In this document: positions 11,176 to 26,708 of the stretch, piece after piece | Layout: every line of letters begins with the position of its first letter | Numbering within the stretch: the stretch's first letter is position 1 | NCBI GenBank assembly: GCA_020891255.1 | Contig: BQFW01000012.1 | Span: 744,001 to 808,000 of the forward strand | DNA: 64,000 bases | Source of the DNA: Entomortierella parvispora E1425 | Taxonomy: Eukaryota > Fungi > Mortierellomycota | Reading direction: 5' to 3' | The notes under the pieces: generated by a model | What the model was told of the DNA's origin: nothing | The model's input: the letters and a program-made list of their open reading frames with translations, nothing else | The model's database searches: none | Program-made: the position numbers and the translations under genes

Positions 11176-14100
11176 CTACTCTCCCTGAGGTCGATTGATG
11201 GTAGTCCGACGATAGAGGCGCGCAACTTGCTCAGGAGTGTAGTTTCTGAGAGGCGAGTTGGGAGCCAAGGTATCTTGGTCATCGTGGTCTCGACTGTTAG
11301 AGCGACCAGAAGAGCTTTGAGGCGTTCTCTGACCGTTGTTTTGGTTGGGATCGTAAAGCTCCAATCTTTGAGGGAGAGCGTAGTACTTGATGCCGATATC
11401 CTCGACGGCCTCCTTGAGAGCATAGTTGAAGGCAGTTCTCCGAGCCCAACGACGACCAGAATCTTGCCAATTGCCCTTGTGCTCGATACACATACTGATC
11501 TTGAGTTTGATATCCATCTCCTGGATCTGAATCTCGAGGTCGGGCAAAAACTCTTTGGATTCCTTGACGAGATAATCCCGCATACGGGCTCGAAGTTCAA
11601 AGATCTGGGCCTGAGTCGTGTAGCAATCCACGTTGAGGACAATCTTGTCTGTCATGTTGGGGGATCGCCGGACGTTGTGGATAGGCCTTGTCGAAATCAA
11701 GTTGTTGGGGTAGTACATCCGCTTGCCGTCCCAGGTCACAAATATGGTGCTGTTCAACCCGACTTCACGAACGTACATGTCGTTTCCATCAATGCTCACC
11801 AAGTCTCCAGAGTCGTAAGGGTGCTACGAGTGGGAAGGAAGCAAGAAGACAGGAATTAGAAAAAAGCAAAGCAAAAAAAAAAAAAAAACACCCACTTTGA
11901 CTATCCTTGTCCCCTTACTTACCGTGATAAACAAGAACACAATGTTTTCAAACAAGATCTTGAGCGAGTTTCCGAACACAAAGCTGAGCGCGACCAAGAA
12001 GGAACCGATCGACAGCATGTTCTTGACCACATCTTTGCCAAAGATGGACAACACAATCAACAACCAGATCACAGCCACGATGGTCAAGAAGATCACATCC
12101 AACTTTCCGACGGCTTGACTCAGATCTCTCAAGGACGTGTGTAAATCCTTTCGTTCCTTGTAAACATAAAAGATCTTTTCCTTCATCTCACTCTTGGAAA
12201 TATCGCCATTTCCATCCTTGTCGAAGATGTTGAACGCGGCCTGGGCATCTTCCTCGGTAGAGAAATAAGGGTAAAAGTCTTGAACGATCAACTCGTCACG
12301 ACTATGATACCCCTGCTGTTGTTGGATTAGATTGTAGAACAAAGTCTTGGCGAGGCGCTTCGCGTTGGCGGTCGAGCCCACGTCCTTTGAAGAAGGCGAG
12401 CTCTTGTTAGCGAGAGCAATTCCATGCAGGCGACGGTTCAGACCCTTGAAGATGTTATTGTTCTCTGGTCGAGGGGTCTTGCTATCCCGATGACCTCGAT
12501 GGTGATGGTGGTGGTGTTGACGGCCTCCAGTCGAAACCAATGTTGATTGACGACTGTGGCTGTTAAGAGGGTTGCCACTGTTGTAGTTGAGAGTGTCTGT
12601 GGGAGTTGTCAAAGGAGTAGTGTTGATAACCATGGCTTCTGCCAACTTTTGAGGGGACTCGTCACCATTAACTTCCTGCAAGATATCCTTTTCATCGCTG
12701 CTAGTAACACCGTTGTTCAAGTCGTTGATACCATTAACCGTGTTATTGTTGTTGTTGTGGACTCCATTCATTTCGATGCTGTTCGTCCTTGAGGGCAACA
12801 CGGAACGATAACCAGACGAAAAGGCATCGACGTTAGCGAGGTCGGTGTTGTGTCGGCTGTGTGTGGGTCGACCGCCACCAGCGCCACCTTTCTTGACGTT
12901 CTTTTTCGAGGTGCTCAGTCGATCCAATACTGCCAGTGCGTATTTGTTTTCCTTGATACGGTCAGCGTAGGCGGTTTGATGAAAGTTGGTCGAGATGACG
13001 TGCAACATAATCTTCTCAACAAACACTAGAGCAGCGCCTGCAACAAAGGCACTCAAGACCTCCAGAAAGACTGGATTCAGCTTCTCGTCTGTTCTAGAGT
13101 AAGGCCCTTTGGACAAGAGCGCGAGCGATCCAATGGCCCAACAGGAAGCCAAAAGCCATTTTAGATACTTTTTTGTTGCAACAAAGATCTAAAGAGTCCC
13201 GATGAACAAAACAGAAAAGGACATTTAAAGGATCAGTATCTAGTTGGAAAAATATAGACATCAGGGCTAAAAGATGTTGAACTCACCAAAAGTTTTGATT
13301 TCACGTTCTCCAGACGGTAGCTGGTGACAACGGAAGTGACTCTGACAACAACAACAGGAACGATGTCGACGCCCCAGTTGGTCAAAAAGATGATCCCCCA
13401 CATGAAAGAGAGCCAAACAAAAATCATAACGATGGTGGTCTTCGGAACAGGGGGATCTGGCACAGGTGTCACGCCATCAGGCATCATGGACCCTGGCTCT
13501 GGTAGCGGTGGGTCGTCCGCTTTGAACTTCTGTGTGAGGATGGCGGGCAAGGCGACAATGGGACAGCCGACTAGGATCATGATCGTCATCCTCAACAATG
13601 GAGAGAGTCTTCTCCACTTGGACGTGCTTGTCCCAGACTTGCCGTCTTTTTTCTTAGGAGCCACCTTGTCGTCAATATTGATATCCTCGTCCCAGTCAAA
13701 GTCAGACTCGTCGCTGTTCATGGCTTGCCGTGGTGGCACGAAATCATTCATGGCTGCCTCGTCCTGCTTCATAATCCTGTCTATATCAATCTTCGTCGAC
13801 ATTCCGTTGCTGTTGTTACTGAATAGGGGAGGCGGAGTCGTAGATGATGGCGCCGTTGAGGCTGACGGGAAATAGGTACCAGCATGGGTGTTGTGTGGAT
13901 GTGGGGTATTAGTGTATGCAAACTGCGGCATATGCAGAGCTGAGGTCGGGCGCGAATAGGTAGCCGAAGTCTTTGGAGGAGTGTGAGACTCTGATAAGGT
14001 CGTCGCTTGTAGCGTACCATTCTCCGAAACTGGTGGGAGAGGCACTCTCGAGTTTGTAGAGGCCAGATCACTTGGAGGAGCGACCATCGGCGGGACCTGC

Positions 14101-14204
14101 AACTGGGCTGGGTTGCTGTTACTGGCCAGCGGCGACGACGTGGGAATGTCTAGACGAGCAGGGTGAGTTGAAGTTGGGTGTCGATGAGGATGCATCGCGC
14201 GCAA
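11176..14204 (-). CDS. MscS-family mechanosensitive channel with EF-hand (Msy1/Msy2-like), 3 exons
   Basis: FDKDGNGDISKSE EF-hand; ALSFVFGNSLKILFENIVFLF; YYPNNLISTRPIHNVRRS motifs. Start codon uncertain. Confidence 0.9.
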
Positions 14205-15767
14205 AGTTCACAGAGTTAGTGTCTCTCCCCTGGGTGCGAAAGTTTGTGCGGTTCCAACGTCCATGGTTCAGGCGATGTCATCTTTGTTGACATGGATAGC
14301 CTCACTCATAAGCCCAAACCAGAAGAGAAAAGAGTTTTCTCAATGTTCGATTCATCAACATTTCGCTCGGATTTTTAAACTTTCTCTTTAGCGCCAGAGA
14401 GGGTTTGACCAAAAATCCTCTAGTGTCGGAGGAAGGATCCAAAAAAGAGAGGAGGGAGGGCACACTAAGGACCAGGCGCCACAACCACTTCACTTCCTCT
14501 GTTTTCCTGCCGCCTTTTTGTGATCCTATCCCTTCTCCTCTGCTGGTTGACAAAAGATGCTGGCCCAGAGGGATTTGATGATCTGTGCCATGAGACCAGC
14601 GGGATGCATGATTGGGAGATCTGCCTTGCGCCAACACTATGTGGACTGGGCAGCCTTAAATCGAGAGAGTCGTGAAAAGAAGGTGGAGATTCCATACCTT
14701 TCTGTCGCCTTGGAAACTTCATTGTTGCAATTGTGCAGGGGCGGTTGGACGTTAAAAAATGGTGGCGTATAAAATTCGGGAGGAGTGAATGAAAGAATAA
14801 ATGTAAATGAGGGGGTCGGGATGGGAGAATCCCGGGGAATGGAGAGAGGAAAGACAAAAATTGAAAAGAGCAGGGGTGTTTGATGGAGACACTAACAACA
14901 AAGAAAGAGTGGAGAGAAGAAAGAGGGAACAGTTAGGGCGGATTGAGGAGATATAGAGCTCGTTAGCGTTGTATACACTGGACTCGGTATTCGATCTGTG
15001 TGTGCTGTACCCCGATCCATTTGGGCTCTGAGCGAACGCGAGCTTTGAAGATGCTGTCTGTAGGGGGCCCACCACTTCAGCTGTCATCACTGTCATCATC
15101 ATCATCATGCCTTAGAAAACAAGAAAAAGAACGTGAGCGCGAAAAGGTACAGTAACAGTTCTTCAGCAGCAAGGTCTGGCCTCCCAAATTTCTTTTTTTT
15201 TTAAGACCAAAGTGCACGTCATTGCAACAAACTCAAACTCTTTTCATTCATTCGCATCATCCTCGCTCTTCTCTGTACGTACTCGCTAGTTCCCTAAATC
15301 CAAGGAGTGCTTTCTGCACTGCACGCGTGGTTTACGTGGGCCAGATACTCAATACTTTTGTCTTGGGTAGCTGTAAGTTCACTCATAGGAGTGCGGCAAG
15401 ATCAACTAAGCTACCAACTCGTCACCCGGACAAGAAATGTTGACGTCTAGCTAGGTACGTGAAGTAATCATTAGCTCGTGTGTGTGAAAGTGTCTTTCAT
15501 TACTACCCGGTTTAAACCCGATAGCGCCTTTACGACTGTTGGGCCGACAGCCTCAAGTTGACTGGGGAAGGTTCTCCTTCAACCCCGAAATCTCACTTGA
15601 AGTTAAGAATGGCATCTCTCCATCAATTGTCTCCATCGTCCCACTACAATTGATGTTTGTTCATTTCATAGACTGGTATTATTGAGATTGCTGGCCTTCC
15701 TTCAGCTACACCTTCTTATTCTTAAATTCTTCAGCTACGCCGACATAGGTTCCGGTTCTGATCTCAG

Positions 15768-16547
15768 TCAACAAACCGGCCCTTGAGGACGCCACCCCAA
15801 CGTTTCCACAGCTTTGCGATTCGAGGCGCGGTTCGTTGTGCTGACAAGACCTGCCATGACTGGTCCACAGCGAGTCACGGCATCCTCCAAGGAGACTGAC
15901 AGGGCGGGCACTTGAACCAAGTTACTGATAGCTGTGGCGAGCTGTAGACAGGTAGTGTTCGTTTTACTACTTCCGTTAAACACCTCGCCTGGAGCCGCCT
16001 TTTGAGCTACCAACAAATATAAATCAGCGGCGTCATCGACATGGACTTCGGATAGGCAGTACTAGCCGTCGCCTACATGGAAGGAATCTCCACTCTCGAC
16101 AGCCATCTTGATAAGCAGCGCTGCAAATCCAGTCTTGTTCGATCGTCCATAAACTTGCGCGAGTCTGATCACATTCACATGCATGCCCTTCTGCGAATAG
16201 GCGAGGGCGTGCAGCTCTGGTTGGAGACGGAGGAGTAGGAGACCCGTCACTGCAGGCGAGTCTTCAAATGTCTCGCCACCTTGAGGATCTGGTTGGACAA
16301 AGGCCGTACCGCAGGTAACAACGAGTCGTTTGTTTGTACCAACCAAAGGTATGGCCAGAGCATCAATAGCGCCAATGTTGAGGGCGATAAGGTCTTGCAT
16401 TGACCTGGAGGCATGACGATCAAAAGCGAGGTGTAAGACGATGTCGGCATTTTCAGCCTCACGATAGAGAATTTCCGGGGTGGTGAAGTCACCTCGGACA
16501 GGTGTCACGCGGACAATGTAGCCCTGTTTCACTGCTTTCTGAGCCAC
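15768..16547 (-). pseudogene. NAD-dependent epimerase/dehydratase (extended SDR) pseudogene
   Basis: ADIVLHLAF, IRLAQVYG and VHVDDAADLY motifs; in-frame TAG at 16062-16064 (GDG*YCLSEVHVDD); N-terminal GxxGxxG Rossmann motif absent. Confidence 0.75.
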
Positions 16548-16933
16548 GACGTGAATGAAAAAAAAGACAGATATTTATTATTTCTCTTTTCTTCATGAAA
16601 AGATCGATCATGTTTGTGGCTACTTGTAATCATAACCTCGCGGTCAAGCACGCCAGCCCAGCACACAGGTCGCGTGCGAACAGCAACGAGGCCTATTTTT
16701 CGGCGTAAAGACCTTCATTGTGCGCTATTTGAGGATGCGCTCAAATTTCTGCGCAGGGATTTTTGTCGACACGACGTCTGCCAACACCATCCCTAGCCAG
16801 TCCGGCCCTGCTCACTGATAGCCGGCAGTAAGGACAGCTTCCAAGCTTCCTTCAAGACTTGAATTTACGTCGTTTCTGCCTGATCAGACGAGGGGGGCTG
16901 GAGGAGGACGCGTTGAATAACGAGCTTCAGAAT

Positions 16934-17183
16934 TTTTTTTTTTTTTTTTTCTTGTCAAAGGGTCCCTCGCAGGTACGGGGTTTATTGTCTGTTAATTGTA
17001 AGTACACATACGCAGGTGCGCCTGCTCCACCCAAGGGAAACGGACTAAATAAAATGCTTTTGCATTGCACAACCCGTCTACGACGGCCCATGCACCCTGG
17101 TTTCGTAACACCGCGACCAAAGGGCGGGAGCTTCTGGCTTGCTGTACAGCAAGGCCAGGTCCAGTCCCCGCTGTGGCCTTTCA
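16934..17183 (-). mobile_element. Poly(A)-tailed retro-insertion unrelated to family A (family B or a processed mRNA end)
   Basis: Poly-T at 16933-16950; AATAAA on the minus strand ~25 nt before the tail; perfect 20-bp TSD tgaataacgagcttcagaat (16914-16933 / 17184-17203). Confidence 0.8.
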
Positions 17184-17232
17184 TGAATAACGAGCTTCAG
17201 AATGGCGTAACTCTGGCCTCGGAAACGATCAC

Positions 17233-17881
17233 TTTTTTTTTTTGCAACATTTTATTTGCTATGTCGAGCCAAAGAAGTGAAGTGCGAGACCAAACTATCT
17301 ACAACCTGAGCAAAGCCGCGTGGTCCAGACGAACAAAGACCCCGGATCCCCGCGCAACAAATGCCACGGCTCGTCACCGTGTAATAAAGAAGAGTAAAAT
17401 GTTACAAAAAATGGATCTTCCCCATCTTTTCTAATGTCGATAAGTGAACCTGGCCACGCACACAAGCCAGTAAGCGCTGGTCGGCCAGCGTGGGATTATC
17501 TTGGGCACCAGGGCAGAGGCCTTGGTGGTGGTCGGTGTTAGGCTTTCCGCATAGGCAAGTGTCCGGTGGTAAGATCGTACCAGGGGCATTGTTCCACGGT
17601 TGCCCAGTTTGGACTTGCTTCTTCATCTTGGGGCGGATTCCTTGTGTCTTCTCCCATGCAATAGTCACTTCGCAGCGCGTCTTCCAGATACGTGCAAGGG
17701 CGTCTCTGTCAGGCGGCGGATAAACTGGTGAGCAACTGCGACCACAACCGAGCGAGGTCCTTTGATAATCGGTGTCCAGGCTGTGATCAGCGCCGAGTGT
17801 AACAGTCCTTGGTAGGCAGTGACGATCGACCGTGCTGACGGCAGTGGAGAGGCAGTCTGTTTGTTGCCAAGTCGTGGAATG
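17233..17881 (-). mobile_element. 5'-truncated non-LTR retrotransposon (LINE family A) with ORF2 C-terminal CCHC motif
   Basis: Poly(A); 13-bp TSD cggaaacgatcac (17220-17232 / 17882-17894); encodes DTCLCGKPNTDHHQGLC (CxCx6Hx4C). Confidence 0.85.
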
Positions 17882-18055
17882 CGGAAACGATCACATGATC
17901 ACACGTGACTATTTACAGTCACAGTGGCTTAGAATGGTAAATAGCAACCTATTCACCTTCATGCTGAAATTTCAGAATTTTCATCAAACAAAGCTTTTTT
18001 GCAAGTTTTGGAAGAGCGCCTCTGTTTGTTTGCTCTCCCTCAGGGATCCAATTGT

Positions 18056-18142
18056 GCTTCTACACGAGGTAAAAGCGGATCTCCTATGAGGTGGCGGAAA
18101 ATAAAGAGTGTCGCTGCCAGGTTCGAATCCTGGGAGAAGCTA
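18056..18142 (+). other. tRNA-like element with perfect T-arm/B-box but no canonical D or anticodon arm
   Basis: CCAGG-TTCGAAT-CCTGG (18117-18133) followed by GAGAAGC pairing with GCTTCT at 18056. Confidence 0.45.
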
Positions 18143-18377
18143 CATCCTATGACGACAACAATATTGTCCCTTGAAAAAACCATGTGAGGACAAAAAAAGA
18201 TTACAACGGTATCCGAGGATTTCTTTTTTTTTCTTTCCTCGTTCTCATCCTCTCTTCCTTTTATCCTTCACTCTTGTTTGCTCCTCCTCTTTCAAAGCAA
18301 TACCATCGCCTGAATCCAACTGAAGTGACAAAAGTGATTATATATTTTGATAACGAAAAGCCTAACAGGAACTTTTT

Positions 18378-21188
18378 TTACATACGCTGGCGGCGCACAC
18401 ACTTGCGCATGCTGGTGTACTGAAGGACCTCTTGCCTCTCAAGCGTAAAGATGGCACGTTCAATGTTACGAGCACTGTACCCTTGCGACTCCATCTCACG
18501 GACCAACACTGCCGTTGGGATTTGAGAGCCAATGGCCAATCGGCGACGGATCGCATCTTCTACAAGGCGAACCTCTTCAGCTCCCTCCTGGCGTGTTTGA
18601 CCATCCACTGTTGAGAGAAATAGAAAGATGCAGGACAGATGTTAGCAATTATAATTATAAAAGTGGACACAATAACAACATTAGCGAAGACATCAATAAA
18701 CATACTCGTTCCAGCGTTAACGGCATCCATGGTAGAGAACTTGAACAGACGAATGGCCTCATCCACATGCTCTTCAGTGGCGCGGGGGGAGAGGGTCATT
18801 TTGGCCAAAGATTCAGAGATACGAATAATAGCCTCCAGCTGACGAATGGTAATTGGAATCGATGTCCGGACACCTTCGAGATCCTGCATGTGTCCAACTG
18901 CTGATCGGATGCTGACAAAGTGTGAGCTCAGCTTCTCAGCCGCTTCTTTGGTCAAACGTGGCGCTGACTTGACCTTGCAGTAACTGATATAGTTCTTCAT
19001 CTTCTCAATACTGATCTCACTGGCCGCTGTCTCGGAGGGTCGATCCATGTGCACATTCATGACGTGACGGGCAATGGTCATGTCGCGTCCTTCGTTGTGC
19101 TCGTCCTTCAAGATGAAAATCATATCAAAACGAGACAGAATTGTCGTCTGGAAATCAATGTTCTCTCCTGCTGACCTCATGTCATCGTAACGTCCAAAGA
19201 CAGGGTTGGCTGCTGCCAAGACTGACGTCCTGGAGTTCAAGATTGTTGTGATTCCTGCCTTGGCGATCGAAATGGTCTGCTGTTCCATGGCTTCGTGAAT
19301 GGCCACACGATCCTCATCTCTCATTTTGTCAAACTCATCGATGCAGACAACTCCTCCATCAGCCAACACCATGGCTCCTCCTTCCAGGTAAAACTCTCTG
19401 GTAGAGGGCTCACGAACGACAGAGGCGGTCAAACCAGCAGCTGAACTTCCCTTTCCTGATGTGTACACAGAGATAGGGGACACCTTTTCCACAAACTTCA
19501 AGAGCTGAGACTTAGCAGTACCAGGGTCTCCCAGCAAAAGGACATTGATGTCTCCACGCAACTTCATTCCATCAGGCAGAATATTCTTGGATCCACCAAA
19601 CAACAGGCAAGAGATTGCCTTTTTGATATCTAGCACGTGCAAAGACAAAATAGAATCGTTAGATCTGCACTTCGATATCGGGCATTTAGTCAGTATTCCG
19701 GATATTTTACCATGGTTTCCAAAAATCGAGGGAGCAATACTGTTGGCAAACTTTTGGTAAAGACCAGGTTCTCTCGACATGGCAATAAACTCTTCTTCCT
19801 CCTCATCCGTAAAAGTTCTCCTGCGTCCAGTGGCATCGGTCTCTGTGTTAATTCCGACAACGCGAATATAAGGTGTGCGGATGGCGATGGCATTGTTTCC
19901 TTTCTGTAGTTTATAGTAGACAGATCGTTGTTAGCGATGGACCTCTGGACAATTCATCCACCTATATTATCCAAAATCGATGAAGTTTCGACTTACTCCT
20001 GGCTTGGTCTGGAAAACAGAGTAAATACCCATGATCGTAGCTCTGGATCCAGGAACAACGCGGTTAGTGAGCTCTCTGTCAGCGCTCAAGAGGACATGAC
20101 GAGGAAGTTCTCCAACAGGGACATCATCTGGAGACTCCTGGAGTTTCAAAATCTGCTGATCTACACACTTGGACTTGTCATGGTCAACAATGTAAGGGTC
20201 CAATCCACATCCCTGGGGGGACGCCTCCGTGCCGTTCCTAAAGAGATGTGAATATTTCTGTTGAGAATTCTTGTCAGAGCAGGAATAGTCGATACCCCAG
20301 CACTTATACTTACGAATCGCAGGTACGGGGCATGCTGACACCAGAGAATCCAGATTGAATAGGGAGACGCTTAATGGTTTGGCAAGTTTTGCATCTAATC
20401 TGGAGCACGGTAGCCTTGGAGGTCAAAGGCGAAGCAGCAATAATGATTCCTGAAATGCGGATGAGCTTGGAGATGCTGTTGGCCTATGGAAAGAATACAA
20501 GAAAGGGATTCAACAAAAGTGAGTAAGCAACAACAGTGGCATCGTAGAAACTTGGTCCATGCGTTCTTGTCCTTACATTCAAGTGGCGGATCTTGATCAT
20601 GTTGGCGCTAGAGTGCAATGCAACCTGGAAATCCTCAACGTCAACTTCCTTCCTGGAAGCGGCGAACAGGCTGTTTTGAGCATGCAACTTGACGGCGTTC
20701 TCAAACTATGAAAGACACGTTTGCATTGCATATAGGGTGTTAGTTTATGCAAGAGGTCGCGCGCTGTCCCGTACATGTATGCGAGCTGTCGCTGGAAGTA
20801 CGTCGCTCCATACCAAAGGTAAGAACTCGGCGGGTTTCTGGGTCAAGCTATGAGCCAGCTCCTGGTTAAAGGTGATCAAGTGTCCAACGTCCACGTCCAA
20901 AAAGTATTTCTTGAGCATAGTATTCTGTCGCAGCTGATCACTACAGGGTCGAGATTAGGGTCGAGAGTGTAAGTGGCTTTTTCATCAATGCTGTTATGAA
21001 CAGAGCTTCCTCTGGATGGGACATTGACGGTACCGGTAGATGTAAACGCCATTAAGATGGAACTGCTGAATGAAAGCCAGGAACATGTCCTGGACCTTGT
21101 TCATCGTGCTGAGCTGGTTGTCGTTGTCCTGAGGACCCAACACCTGGGCGGTGTGAACTCTGCCGGTGTCCCAGCCAATGTTAGCCAT
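18378..21188 (-). CDS. MCM5: DNA replication licensing factor MCM5 (multi-exon)
   Basis: [51 protein letters not shown] motifs; MCM5-type C-terminal winged helix. Confidence 0.96.
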
Positions 21189-21597
21189 GGTGAAGAGCGG
21201 ATGGGGATGAGAGGAAGGGAGTGAAGGATGATTAGGAGAAGCAGCGGCAGTGCAGCGGTGACAAGGAGAAAGAGAAGAGCCAGAGCCAGTCCTTGAGTTT
21301 CGTTCTCTCACCTCGGCCCTGTTTGTTTTCTTCAAACGCGTCGCTGTTTGCAACAAGACTCGCTGTTAAATTAAACCACGTGATATCCAAAAGCAGTCTC
21401 GTGTTTTCTTTTTTTTCTCTTTTTCTTTTTTTTCCTGTGCTGCCTCCCTGTGGGCGCACGAGGATATTATTCAGCCAAGGTGCTGTCTCCATGACCAATT
21501 CGTTACCGCAGTATTGTACCCCTCTCTCTCTTGTCCCATCCCTTTGTCTCTCGCCCTTCATCCCTCCATCCCCATCCGCCCATAAACACACACACTC

Positions 21598-24160
21598 ATG
21601 GCCATCCCTAAGAGCAAAAAGAACGTCGGCCTCGGCCAGGCCATCATCAAGGCCCGTTTCAAGGGTCGCAGCAGACCAAGAGATGGCGACGAGCGACTCG
21701 TATGTAGTTCTTATATCCTTTGTGGTTGCATAACCTATTATCGACCTTTAGTCTTGAAAATCAGATCAGAATCACTAACCCTGGATATATTTTACTTGAT
21801 AGCATTCTGCTGAGGTCGATGATGGTGCCAGCTGGACCCGTCTCCAGTCCGTCACACAGGAAGGTGATCTCGAGTCTTTCTTGAGCACAGCAGAGTTGGC
21901 CGGCACAGAGTTCACAGCAGGCAAGTTTTCTAGCGTCTATCTCTTTACCTTGTGTTGGACATGTTTGGCGTCTATATGAAACAATTGATAGTTAGGTATA
22001 GTGTGGACTGGTGTACTAATGCTAGCATCAAATTGTTCTGGGTATCCAACAGAAAAGTTGAACATCAAGGTCATTTCCAACCAATACGAGAACCCATTCA
22101 TGCTCTCAGCCGACAAGGAGGAGGAGACTTTGAAGAAGCACAAGGAGTTCAAGAATGAGCTGACTGTACCCCGTCGTCCCCATTGGGACGAGAACACCAC
22201 TGGACCCGAATTGCAGCGCATGGAGCGTACATCTTTCTTGGACTGGCGTCGTGGGCTTGCCACCTTGGCTGAACGCGAGAGCTTGTTGTTGACTCCCTTT
22301 GAGCGTAACTTGGAGGTCTGGCGTCAGCTTTGGCGTGTCATTGAGCGTTCGCATTTGATTGTTCAGATCGTGGATGCTAGAAACCCTCTGTTCTTCCGCA
22401 GTACCGACTTGGAAACCTATGTGACTGAGGTGGATCCCCGCAAGAAAAACTTGTTGCTGATCAACAAGGCTGATTACTTGACTGTCAAGCAGCGTAAGCG
22501 CTGGGCTGATTACTTTGATTCCGAGGGTATCCGCTACACCTTCTTCTCTGCCGCCTTGGCCAAGGAGAGACAGGAGAAGGAGCAGGCTGAGAAGGAGCGT
22601 TTGGAGGCTCTGGCCCAGGAGTTGGCCGAGATGAAGGCCGCCAACTCGGATTATACCGAGGATGAGGAAGAAGAAGAAGAAGAAGAAGAAGAGGAGTTCG
22701 AGCTGGTCAAGGAGGCTGTTAAGGAAGAAGAGGCTGCTGAAAAGTCCGAGCCCAAGGAGGCTTCCGCCTCGACTTCATCCGCCACCAAGAATGTCGCCGA
22801 CAACACTGCCGAGGATTCTGAGGAGGAAGAGTCTGAGGAAGAGTCCGAGGATGAGGATGAAGAGGTCAAGGCTAACAAGACCCATTCTCACTGGAAGTCT
22901 ATCAAGGAGACCGAGAAGGATGATGAGCGTACCCGTATCCGCGACACCAAGGAGCTCTACGAGCTTTTGGTTAAGGAGACTCCTATCATCGACGGTATGG
23001 TTCTACAGTCCTTGCTTGCAAATTGATTTTCTGGTATTGCTATTTCCCTGGTTTACTAATCCTTTTTTTTTGTATTTTTTTTGGCCTTTTCCCCTTAGAT
23101 CCCAGAAACCCCTTGAACGGAATCATGTCGATCGGTCTTGTCGGATACCCCAACGTCGGAAAGTCTTCGACTATTAACGCTCTTTTGGGAGAGCATGCCG
23201 TGTCAGTCTCGGCTACTCCCGGAAAGACCAAGCATTTCCAGACCATTCATTTGACACCAAAGATGATTCTTTGCGATTGTCCCGGTCTGGTTTTCCCCTC
23301 ATTCGCCACAACCCAGGGTGACATGGTCTGTAACGGTGTCTTGCCTATTGATCAGCTCAGAGAGTTCACTGGATCCGTTGGATTGGTGGCTCAGCGTATC
23401 CCTAAGGAGGTTTTGGAGGCCATCTATGGTATCAAGATTGCAGTGTTGAGCGAGGAGGAGGGTGGTACTGGAATGCCCACCGCTGAAGAGTTCTTGATTG
23501 CCTACGCCGTTGCTCGTGGTTTCACCAAGGCCGGTCAGGGTAACCCTGATGAGTCTCGTGCTGCTCGTTACATCTTGAAGGACTATGTCAACGTAAGGAT
23601 CATGGTCCCATGCTGATTCTCGTGCCTGGACAACCATTAACTATGGAATTAACATTTACACTTTTATATTTTAGGGTAAATTGTTGTACTGTGCTCCCCC
23701 ACCTTCGGAGGACTCTCTTGAGTTCAACAAAGAGCACAACCAGCTGGATCGCTTCACCAAGCGCAAGGCCGCTCCTACTCACCGTCTCCCAGCCTCTGCC
23801 TCGACTTTCATTGACATGAACGCTATTACCCCCTTGACTCATACTGGATCCGGTACCGGAAAGACGGCTGCTGTTGATTCGTCTTTCTTCAGGCCCCAGC
23901 GCAACTTGAGCTATTTGCCAAAGGTCACAGGCAAGATGGCAATTGATATCTCGGAGGGCATGCAGCGTGTTCAGATGTTCCCTCACCAACAGCGGACAGA
24001 TAACCAAGGCGGCTACGTGAGCCGAAGGATGAGAATGCAGGGCGTCAGGGATGGTTTGTTGGATATGGGAGTTGAGAACGTTGCTGGAGCCCTTGGCAAC
24101 AAGAAGCACAAGAAGGGAAAGAAGAACATTAAGCAACGCAGTGGTGGTGGACTCTTCTAA
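21598..24160 (+). CDS. LSG1: Large-subunit GTPase 1 (60S export), 5 exons
   Basis: GLGQAII, TPFERNLEVWRQLWRVIERS, VDARNP, NKAD, GYPNVGKSSTIN, TPGKTKHFQT, DCPGL motifs. Confidence 0.96.
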
Positions 24161-24483
24161 ACAGGCCGTTCGCTTTTCATTATCGCTCTCCCTTTGAAAA
24201 AATATCCAATTACCATTCTTTGTTTTCTTTTCTATTTTCTCTTTGTAATTTTATTGCATTGGCATACACTCAACAACAACTCTTCTCCTCTTTCACCATT
24301 TTTCTGAAGTCCATTACACTCATTGTAAAAAATAAAAAAGCTGGACTATTTGACCTAGAATATTTTTGTTGTGTGGCTTAGACTCTTTTTTTTTTTTTTT
24401 TTTTTTTGTCCCTTGAGGAGTTGAAGGAGACTCTACGACGGCGACACTTCTTTAACCTCATTCTTTCCTCCATTCACAGCAAC

Positions 24484-26708
<2,225 letters not shown>

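Noticed and set aside
10856-11188. 110-aa plus-strand ORF after tRNA-Ala
   Set aside because: No recognisable domain; it overlaps the MscS 3' end.
14302-15108. Short minus-strand ORFs upstream of the MscS gene
   Set aside because: Composition is UTR-like and no consistent splice model links them to the gene.
16866-16892. Hammerhead- or SRP-helix-8-like motifs on the minus strand
   Set aside because: CUGAUCA lacks G8 and stem II; the SRP-like loop is not GNRA.
18056-18142. tRNA-Sec
   Set aside because: No UCA anticodon loop and no 9/4 fold.
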